Below, piece after piece: positions 6,456 through 13,664 of a stretch of DNA of 13,664 nt. Source of the stretch: a virus. Made by a program: the position numbers and the translations under genes. Within the stretch, counting starts at the first letter, position 1. Each line of letters begins with the position of its first letter. The DNA is taken from UHGV virus genome UHGV-0143428. One strand, written 5' to 3'. Below the pieces are notes generated by a model. It worked only from the letters and a program-made list of their open reading frames with translations, was not told the DNA's origin and did not search any database.

Positions 6456-8789
6456 ATGAAAATGAACGTAACCGCCACCGTCAGCCATGCGCTCGGCCAC
6501 TGGCCGCGTATTCTCCCGGCGCTGGGGATTCAGGTGCTGAAGAACCGTCATCAGCCCTGTCCGGTCTGTGGCGGGAGTGACCGTTTCCGTTTTGATGACA
6601 GGGAGGGGCGCGGCACCTGGTACTGCAATCAGTGTGGTGCCGGTGACGGCCTGAAACTGGTTGAAAAGGTGTTTGGTGTTTCCCCGTCCGACGCGGCCGC
6701 AAAGGTGGCTGCCGTGACCGGCAGCCTGCCACCGGCTGACCCGGCAGTGACGACCGCCGCCGGTGCTGAAACAGACGCTGCCCGGAAGAACGCCGCCGCA
6801 CTGGCACAAACCCTGATGGCGAAAACCCGTCCCGGAACCGGTAACGCCTACCTGACCCGCAAGGGCTTTCCCGGCCGGGAATGCCGGATGCTGACCGGCA
6901 CACACAGAGCCGGTGGCGTGAGCTGGCGCGCCGGTGACCTTGTGGTGCCACTGTATGACGACAGCGGCGAACTGGTTAACCTTCAGTTAATCAGTGCTGA
7001 CGGCCGTAAGCGCACCCTGAAAGGCGGGCAGGTCAGGGGCACCTGTCACATCCTTGAAGGACAGAATCAGGCCGGAAAACGTCTGTGGATAGCGGAGGGA
7101 TACGCGACCGCACTTACCGTGCATCACCTGACCGGTGAAACGGTGATGGTGGCGCTTTCTTCCGTGAACCTCCTTTCTCTGGCCAGCCTTGCCCGGCAGA
7201 AGCATCCGGCCTGTCAGATTGTCCTTGCCGCAGACCGTGACCTCAGCGGTGACGGCCAGAAAAAAGCCGCCGCAGCCGCAGATGCGTGTGAGGGCGTTGT
7301 TGCCCTGCCGCCGGTCTTCGGTGACTGGAATGATGCCTTCACGCAGTACGGCAGGGAGGCCACCCGTAAGGCCATTTATGATGCCATCCGGCCACCGGCT
7401 GAAAGCCCGTTCGACACCATGAGCGAAGCGGAGTTTTCCGCCATGAGTACCAGCGAAAAGGCCATGCGTATCTATGAGCATTACGGCGAGGCGCTCGCGG
7501 TCGATGCCAACGGCCAGCTTCTGTCCCGCTATGAAAATGGTGTCTGGAAGGTGCTGCCACCACAGGACTTTGCCCGGGATGTGGCCGGGCTGTTTCAGCG
7601 TCTGCGCGCGCCGTTCTCCTCCGGGAAGGTGGCCTCCGTGGTGGACACCCTGAAGCTGATTATTCCGCAGCAGGAAGCCCCCTCCCGCCGCCTGATTGGC
7701 TTTCGTAACGGCGTGCTCGACACGCAGAACGGCACGTTCCACCCGCACAGTCCGTCACACTGGATGCGCACCCTGTGCGATGTGGATTTCACCCCGCCGG
7801 TGGACGGTGAAACGCTGGAGACCCACGCCCCCGCGTTCTGGCGCTGGCTTGACCGTGCCGCCGGTGGCCGTGCGGAAAAACGCGACGTGATTCTGGCCGC
7901 ACTGTTTATGGTGCTGGCAAACCGCTACGACTGGCAGCTCTTTCTGGAGGTGACCGGTCCCGGCGGCAGCGGCAAAAGTATCATGGCCGAAATAGCCACC
8001 CTGCTGGCCGGGGAGGATAACGCCACGTCGGCCACCATTGAGACGCTGGAATCCCCGCGTGAACGTGCCGCGTTAACTGGCTTCTCACTGATACGCCTGC
8101 CGGACCAGGAAAAATGGAGCGGCGACGGTGCCGGACTCAAGGCCATCACCGGCGGCGATGCGGTGTCCGTTGACCCGAAATACCGGGATGCGTACTCCAC
8201 GCATATCCCGGCGGTGATTCTGGCCGTGAACAATAACCCGATGCGCTTCACCGACCGCAGCGGCGGCGTGTCACGCCGGCGGGTGATTATTCACTTCCCG
8301 GAACAGATAGCCCCGCAGGAGCGCGACCCGCAGCTTAAGGACAAAATCACCCGCGAGCTGGCGGTCATCGTGCGTCACCTGATGCAGAAGTTCAGCGACC
8401 CGATGCTCGCCCGGTCACTGCTTCAGTCCCAGCAGAACTCAGACGAGGCGCTGAACATCAAACGGGATGCCGACCCGACGTTTGATTTTATCGGCTATCT
8501 GGAAACCCTGCCGCAGACCAGCGGCATGTATATGGGGAACGCCAGTATCATCCCGCGCAATTACCGTAAATACCTCTATCACGCCTATCTGGCCTACATG
8601 GAGGCAAACGGCTACCGGAATGTACTCAGTCTGAAAATGTTCGGGCTGGGGCTGCCGGTGATGCTGAAGGAATACGGACTGAATTACGAGAAGCGCCATA
8701 CCAAACAGGGGATACAGACCAACCTGACGCTGAAAGAGGAAAGCTACGGCGACTGGCTGCCAAAATGTGACGACCCTACAACAGCCTGA
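6456..8789 (+). CDS. alpha: Alpha protein: bifunctional primase-helicase with C-terminal origin-binding domain
   Basis: 777 aa, the P4 alpha length as recalled. N-terminal zinc motif CPVCGG...YCNQCG, TOPRIM-like EGYATALTV and LAADRD, Walker A GPGGSGKS at 7951-7974, and Walker-B-like acidic residues. AAGGAG RBS 8 nt upstream of the ATG. Confidence 0.9.
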   Translation: MKMNVTATVSHALGHWPRILPALGIQVLKNRHQPCPVCGGSDRFRFDDREGRGTWYCNQCGAGDGLKLVEKVFGVSPSDAAAKVAAVTGSLPPADPAVTTAAGAETDAARKNAAALAQTLMAKTRPGTGNAYLTRKGFPGRECRMLTGTHRAGGVSWRAGDLVVPLYDDSGELVNLQLISADGRKRTLKGGQVRGTCHILEGQNQAGKRLWIAEGYATALTVHHLTGETVMVALSSVNLLSLASLARQKHPACQIVLAADRDLSGDGQKKAAAAADACEGVVALPPVFGDWNDAFTQYGREATRKAIYDAIRPPAESPFDTMSEAEFSAMSTSEKAMRIYEHYGEALAVDANGQLLSRYENGVWKVLPPQDFARDVAGLFQRLRAPFSSGKVASVVDTLKLIIPQQEAPSRRLIGFRNGVLDTQNGTFHPHSPSHWMRTLCDVDFTPPVDGETLETHAPAFWRWLDRAAGGRAEKRDVILAALFMVLANRYDWQLFLEVTGPGGSGKSIMAEIATLLAGEDNATSATIETLESPRERAALTGFSLIRLPDQEKWSGDGAGLKAITGGDAVSVDPKYRDAYSTHIPAVILAVNNNPMRFTDRSGGVSRRRVIIHFPEQIAPQERDPQLKDKITRELAVIVRHLMQKFSDPMLARSLLQSQQNSDEALNIKRDADPTFDFIGYLETLPQTSGMYMGNASIIPRNYRKYLYHAYLAYMEANGYRNVLSLKMFGLGLPVMLKEYGLNYEKRHTKQGIQTNLTLKEESYGDWLPKCDDPTTA

Positions 8790-8837
8790 CCCACCTGACC
8801 GGCATCTGCCGGTCTTTTTTTATCCCGACATCCCCCG

Positions 8838-9115
8838 AAGGTGAACAATCCACTGTTCACCCTTCACCGTATATTCACCCGTTATCACACTGAAATTAAA
8901 AGAGAAAAACGAAAGGTGAACAGTGTGAACAATCAAATCAAAAAAAACTTTTTTCTTCCTGAGTGATTTCAGTGCGGAGGATTAATCACCGGTATGAGTC
9001 ACACCGGCAGAATGCCGGAGGTGAAGAATCGAATGTTCACCCTTCACCCATTATTCACCACCTATCACTCTGAAATAAAAGGAGAAAACAGAAAGGTGAA
9101 CAGTGTGAACAGTTC
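8838..9115. repeat. crr-like cis replication region: two ~97-bp direct repeats (about 85% identical, period 180 bp) each carrying several iterons and followed by an A-run/T-run block
   Basis: Repeat A at 8838-8934 and repeat B at 9018-9114. Each contains GGTGAACA, TGTTCACC, CTTCACC, ATTCACC and the terminal GAAAGGTGAACAGTGTGAACA. A7/T6 tracts follow at 8938-8954 and 9120-9136. Confidence 0.75.
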
Positions 9116-9326
9116 TTTCGAAAAAAAATTTTTTATGTGGATAAAAGATGCACTGGTTTGGATCCGAGCTACGGATCCAAACTTACTGATTAAAAATGAT
9201 TTAACTTTCCGATTTATTGATGGGCTGAAAATAGATTGGTCAGAAAAACAGTGGGGGCACAAAAGGGGGCATATTTCATTGTTGTGTTTTATTATTTGTT
9301 TTTTATCATTAACTTATTTTGATGTT

Positions 9327-9346
9327 TGAGTCCGGCCTTCGCACCA
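9327..9346 (+). other. att core: 20-bp copy of a tRNA 3' end (T-arm/acceptor/CCA), tRNA-Leu (leuX)-like
   Basis: TGAGTCCGGCCTTCGCACCA matches, with one missing G, the 3' end of E. coli tRNA-Leu(CAA) as I recall it (..TTCGAGTCCGGCCTTCGGCACCA). Upstream sequence is AT-rich and not tRNA-like, so this is a core repeat (attR-type) rather than a full tRNA gene. Confidence 0.6.
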
Positions 9347-9359
9347 AAAGTATGTAAAT

Positions 9360-9384
9360 AGACCTCAACTGAGGTCTTTTTTTA
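9360..9384 (+). terminator. Rho-independent terminator (tRNA-type terminator on the chromosomal side of the att core)
   Basis: AGACCTC (9360-9366), loop AACT, GAGGTCT (9371-9377), followed by T7 (9378-9384). Confidence 0.7.
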
Positions 9385-9459
9385 TGCCTGAAATCCAGTG
9401 TTTATCTATCTTTCCCGCTATATTAACTCTCTCAAGGTCAACCGATATCAACGTACATC

Positions 9460-9477
9460 TACCAACATATGTTGGTA
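9460..9477. promoter_or_regulatory. 18-bp perfect palindrome TACCAACATATGTTGGTA in the integrase promoter region, plus a third half-site
   Basis: Perfect dyad at 9460-9477. An additional TACCAACA half-site at 9511-9518 lies just upstream of the int RBS (GGGAGGG). Candidate Int arm-type or repressor site. Confidence 0.45.
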
Positions 9478-9531
9478 CAGATGATGGTATTTCCGGTTCG
9501 ATAATGCTTGTACCAACAGGGAGGGAATACG

Positions 9532-10797
9532 ATGGCATTAACAGATATCAAAGTCAGAGCAGCCAAGCCAACGGATAAGCAATATTAGCTGACTGATGGT
9601 GGCGGTATGCATCTGCTTGTCCATCCAAATGGTTCTAAGTACTGGCGTTTGCAGTACCGTTATGAGGGAAAGCAAAAAATGCTGGCACTTGGGGTTTATC
9701 CTGAAATCACACTAGCGGATGCCAGAGTACGTCGTGACGAGACGCGTAAGCTGCTTGCGAATGGCGTCGATCCGGGAGACAAAAAGAAAAATGATAAGGT
9801 TGAACAGAGTAAAGCACGAACCTTTAAAGAAGTCGCGATTGAGTGGCATGGCACCAATAAAAAGTGGTCTGAAGATCACGCCCATCGTGTGCTAAAAAGT
9901 CTTGAAGATAATCTTTTTGCAGCGCTTGGTGAACGTAATATCGCTGAGTTAAAAACTCGAGATTTATTAGCACCTATTAAGGCCGTAGAAATGTCTGGAC
10001 GTCTTGAAGTGGCCGCTCGTCTTCAGCAGCGCACTACAGCCATCATGCGCTATGCAGTGCAAAGTGGGTTAATTGATTATAACCCGGCACAAGAGATGGC
10101 TGGGGCGGTTGCTTCCTGTAATCGACAACATCGTCCCGCGCTTGAATTAAAGCGCATCCCTGAGTTGCTTACAAAAATAGATAGCTATACTGGTAGGCCG
10201 CTAACCCGATGGGCGATAGAACTCACTTTGCTGATCTTTATTCGGTCCAGTGAGCTGCGTTTTGCTCGTTGGTCAGAGATCGATTTCGAAGCGTCTATAT
10301 GGACTATCCCACCGGAGCGGGAGCCTATTCCTGGAGTGAAACATTCCCATAGAGGCTCAAAAATGCGTACAACGCATCTAGTGCCTCTTTCAACGCAAGC
10401 TCTTGCAATTTTAAAGCAGATAAAACAGTTTTATGGGGCCCATGACTTGATATTTATTGGTGATCACGATTCGCACAAACCCATGAGTGAGAATACGGTA
10501 AATAGTGCGTTACGGGTCATGGGGTATGATACAAAAGTAGAGGTTTGTGGTCATGGCTTTCGAACAATGGCCTGTAGTTCATTGGTCGAATCAGGTCTGT
10601 GGTCTCGTGATGCTGTTGAACGTCAGATGAGCCACATGGCGCGAAATTCAGTGAGGGCCGCGTATATCCATAAAGCAGAGCATCTGGAAGAACGGCGATT
10701 GATGCTACAGTGGTGGGCCGATTTTCTGGATGTAAACAGAGAAAGGTTTATCAGTCCATTTGAATATGCAAAGATTAATAATCCATTAAAACAGTAA
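9532..10797 (+). pseudogene. int: P4-family tyrosine integrase with an in-frame amber codon at codon 19 (N-terminally disrupted; 396-aa ORF remains from an internal Met)
   Basis: ATG at 9532 with RBS encodes MALTDIKVRAAKPTDKQY, then TAG at 9586-9588, then in the same frame LTDGGGMHLLVHPNGSKYW... This is the conserved P4-type integrase N-terminus interrupted by a stop. The downstream ORF 9607-10797 carries the integrase catalytic region (R..H..R..Y type C-terminus). Confidence 0.8.
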
Positions 10798-11197
10798 TCA
10801 TCCCGGGCAAATGCCCGGGAATTATTCTAGGATTATTTTCTTTGTTAAAAAAGACAAACGGTATTAACTGATGTATTTACTATTTACCGCTCCCTGCAGG
10901 GGGGATTATCAGAATCCGCGGTTATTCATTATTTATATACATTCAATAAAAAAGTAACCTCATAAAAAATCCTGTACTCACAGGGTGATGCGGGATAACT
11001 GACGTAAGGAGTGCTGCAGGGATTTGATGGTCCCTTGTGCTGATATGAATACGGATATTTTATACAGAATACTTTTCAGTACAAGCGACTGTATTACAGT
11101 CTGCCATATATGATTACCTGTGATCAGGAAGAATAAGTGGCTGAGGTTTCAAACTGTCTGCCGGTATATTCCTCTCTCCCTTAAAAACCATAACAGG

Positions 11198-12420
11198 TTA
11201 GTTATCTTCGTCTGTCAGCGGATTGAATGGCGGTATATTTTCAGTACAAATACCGGTCATCCACTGAAAAATACCTGCGAAATGACGGGCACTGATTTTT
11301 CTACTGACGGGCTGATGAGACGTTATGTCACTGGCGGTAATAATCAGTGGCACACTGTAGCCTCCCTGCACATGACCATAATGATGAACAGGATTGGCAC
11401 TGTCGCTGACCGACAGCCCAAGGCCAGAAAAGTAAAGCATGGCGAAATGACGTGAGTACCGGCGAAGGATACCATCAAGCTGGCCAAGAAAGTTATCCAG
11501 TTTACTGATGCTGGCGAGGTAACAGGCAATTTTTCGGGGATACTGCTCCAGGTAATTATTCGGCTAGGAGTTAAGGCTGTCACACGGATTTGGATGAGAA
11601 CCCATCATGTGCAGGAAAATTATCTTCGGAGAGGATGTATCCGCCAGCGCACGTTCTGTTTCCTGTAACAACAGTTTGTCATCTGTTTTACGGGAAGCGA
11701 AGCTGCCTTTCTTGAGGAAAGTGGCATGCTCCGCATCAGAAGCAATAACAGAGATGCGTGTGTCATGCTCCCCCAGTTTTCCTTGATTGGATATCCACCA
11801 TGTGCTGTATCCTGCTTTTGCTGCCAGCGCCACCACATTGTTGCCGGAATCAGGGTTCTGCTCATAGTCATAAATCAGTGTCCGGCTCAGGGAAGACACT
11901 GTACTGGAGGCTGTCGAGGTATAATCGTCAATAAATAAACCGGGTGCCGTATTCAGCCACGGTGTGGTTGGTACGGGATAGTCATACACTGACATATAAT
12001 CCCTGCGCACACTCTCACCAGTGACAATAACAATCGTATCATATAACGGTGCTCCCGGCTGGATTTTCCAGTTGTCAGCCCCGTGCTACTCAGTTGTTCA
12101 TAACGCTGCATTTCACGTAATGTGTCAGTTGTCCCCACAACTGTTCCTTTAACCATCCGCAATGGCCAACGGTTTACAGAGCATAATACGAATAGCCGTA
12201 GAGCCAGCCAGTTACGGTGGTCGCGATGGTGTGTCCGCCAGAAAATCACCACGAATACCAGAATCGCGGCACTGACCAGAAAATGATAAACAGGAAACAC
12301 GGGGCGGTTCACTTTGCTTTCTCCTGTAGTGTTTTCTGTAGGTTCTGAACCGGTTCTAGCGGGGTTGTGAGGCTGATGGCAATCGCCGGGCTCTTCCTGC
12401 ATGTTACACTGGTACTGCAA
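11198..12420 (-). pseudogene. Frameshifted sulfatase-family (phosphoethanolamine-transferase-like) membrane protein pseudogene
   Basis: Adjacent minus-strand ORFs in different frames: 11953-12420 contains a hydrophobic TM segment; 11564-12010 contains sulfatase-type motifs (RRDYMSVYDYPV, FLHMMGSHP); 11344-11583 and 11198-11440 continue in other frames. Boundaries are approximate. Confidence 0.5.
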
Positions 12421-12780
12421 GAGGGGGCCTTCGCTCCTCTGACATTACTCAGTATTTTCACTACTACACCCCATCTGCCATCCATAACAACCGATTCACC
12501 CCCTCGCGAGGCGTTGTTGCCCGTCACCCGGACAGACACCGTTATGGACTTCTCTTGTTGCACGATCGATCAATTGTTATGCATGCTGACACCACAACCC
12601 CGGTGGGTATGACCGATGCCTTTCTCACTCTCTTCCCGGTCATCGTCGGCCTTCCCCGTTATTGTGGCGTGTCAGCACCCTCGACGGCATTTCGATGGCT
12701 GCTCAGTGTTCACTCACGTTACGGCCCGCATAACCCGTTGACTTCCTGAAGAAGTCGTTTCAGGGAGAGATTCAGCCCTT

Positions 12781-13110
12781 TTGTTACCTCCTGGACCGCT
12801 TCTTGTCCTTCCAGTCGGAGCGAGAGTTAGCCGGGGCGGACTTTCACCGACGGAAAGATCGTGCATTTCAAGGCACACACAACAATATCTGCGAGCGTGC
12901 TATCCGTCCGGTCGTTATGGGACGAAAGGCCTGGTTGTTCGCTGGTTCACTGGTGGCCGGGAACCGCGCGGCACAGATAATGAGCCTTCTGGGAACCGCA
13001 GTCTGGAGCCACATGCTTGGCTGACGGACGTCCTGACGCGTCTGCCGGAGTGGCCGGAGGAGAGGTTGGCTGAGTTACTGCCTCTTGAGGGCTTTACCTT
13101 CTTCGGGTAA
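12781..13110 (+). mobile_element. IS66-family transposase 3' remnant (C-terminal about 100 codons, frameshifted, lacking the DDE domain)
   Basis: Frame 1 (12803-13024) reads NNICERAIRPVVMGRKAWLFAGSLVAGNRAAQIMSLLGTA; frame 2 (to 13110) reads PHAWLTDVLTRLPEWPEERLAELLPLEGF. Together these are the conserved IS66 TnpC C-terminal block, split by a frameshift near 12990-13020. No upstream catalytic region is present. Confidence 0.6.
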
Positions 13111-13614
13111 GTGATACCTGCCGTCAGGTGTTTGTGCACCGGGCCATAACCTGCAGTTGGGAATTGAACGCCTGACAACAGGAAATGAGCTAGAGCAGTA
13201 AACACGCGGGCTGACAATGGGTCAGAATATGAGTTAGCCCGGCGTTATTCCTGGGGTCAGTACTTCAGATCTAGCCTCCGGTACCAGACTAGCTAGCCCC
13301 TACGCAACCAAATAAATCAACCATCGTCAGAGTGCAATCGTTCATATACACTGTCGGTGATGCGCTAAAAAATGCGTTAATGTTGAGTTCCTCGAACCCT
13401 TACCAATTAAGGGACATAGCCAGATACGCAACTGGCTGATGCAAGCAGTCTAATGTCTTTAGATCCGCTGGCCTGCGGGCATGACAATGTCAAACAGTCA
13501 AAGATTGTGGCGTTGACGGTCAGTCTTGGGGACAAAAAAGCTCAGTATTCTCGTTGGCAACCAGATAATTTAACAGTTGATGCTGAAACGAAATAGGCAT
13601 CTTGGTTCTGTAAT

Positions 13615-13647
13615 GCCAGTCAGTTAAGCAACTGACTGGCTCTTTTT
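13615..13647 (+). terminator. Strong rho-independent terminator with no upstream ORF over 60 codons
   Basis: GCCAGTCAGTT (13615-13625), loop AAGC, AACTGACTGGC (13630-13640), then TCTTTTT (13641-13647). Confidence 0.6.
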
Positions 13648-13664
13648 CGGGGCTGTGGGGTATT

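Noticed and set aside
6414-8251. Multiple long minus-strand ORFs (6414-6905, 6481-6951, 6987-7748, 7339-7563, 7595-7792, 7925-8251) and short plus-strand ORFs inside alpha
   Set aside because: They are fully embedded in or antisense to the 777-aa alpha gene, which has clear primase/helicase motifs and an RBS. Their products are Arg/Pro/Gly-rich, typical of spurious frames in GC-rich coding DNA.
4012-9115. Possible CRISPR array suggested by short repeated units
   Set aside because: The repeat unit is only 8 bp, present in both orientations with irregular spacing, and no cas genes are present; these are replication iterons.
8994-9329. 111-codon ORF spanning the second crr repeat (and 65-codon antisense ORF 9065-9262)
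   Set aside because: It overlaps the iteron-containing direct repeat and A/T tracts. The repeat structure explains the open frame and no RBS is evident.
9384-9578. 64-codon ORF overlapping the integrase promoter and N-terminus in another frame
   Set aside because: It is out of frame with the conserved integrase N-terminal coding sequence and spans the operator palindromes, so it is likely spurious.
10893-10921. CCCTGCAGGG palindrome and CCGCGG downstream of int, and hexamer palindromes elsewhere, as evidence of an engineered construct
   Set aside because: Short palindromes of this kind occur by chance at appreciable frequency; the only clearly artificial sequence in the window is the adapter at 1-48.
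12309-12749. ORFs 12309-12563 (-), 12367-12612 (+) and 12555-12749 (+)
   Set aside because: They mutually overlap, have no recognisable motifs or RBS, and lie in the decayed region between the sulfatase pseudogene and the IS66 stump.

Overview
This window is a P4-type satellite phage (phage-inducible chromosomal island), very likely P4 itself or a near-identical relative, truncated at its left side by a contig end. Bases 1-48 are an Illumina Nextera adapter, not biology. From left to right on the + strand: (i) an AT-rich two-gene cassette on the minus strand (82-1553; a 133-aa two-TM membrane protein followed by a 355-aa soluble protein) at the position of the P4 accessory 'hotspot' between cos and the expected int; (ii) the P2/P4 19-nt cos sequence (1781-1799); (iii) the psu-delta-sid late operon on the minus strand (1965-3842) with a candidate Delta/Ogr dyad upstream; (iv) a TGTTCACC iteron cluster (ori-like, 4012-4116); (v) the leftward-operon equivalents on the + strand: vis/AlpA-family regulator, an immunity-type leader region, epsilon-like, orf151-like, a 106-aa ORF and the 777-aa alpha primase-helicase (6456-8789); (vi) a crr-like region of two ~97-bp direct repeats carrying iterons (8838-9115); (vii) a 20-bp tRNA 3'-end-like att core plus an intrinsic terminator (9327-9384). 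To the right lies a second P4-family integrase gene whose conserved N-terminus is interrupted by an in-frame amber codon (9532-10797), then decayed DNA: a frameshifted sulfatase-family pseudogene and a 3' IS66-family transposase remnant. I read this as a satellite integrated at a tRNA-Leu-type site in tandem with an older degenerate island. The most interesting biology is the hotspot cassette, a candidate toxin/abortive-infection-type module; by size arithmetic it may simply be P4's own gop-beta pair. All identifications rest on recalled protein lengths and motifs and no searches were run.
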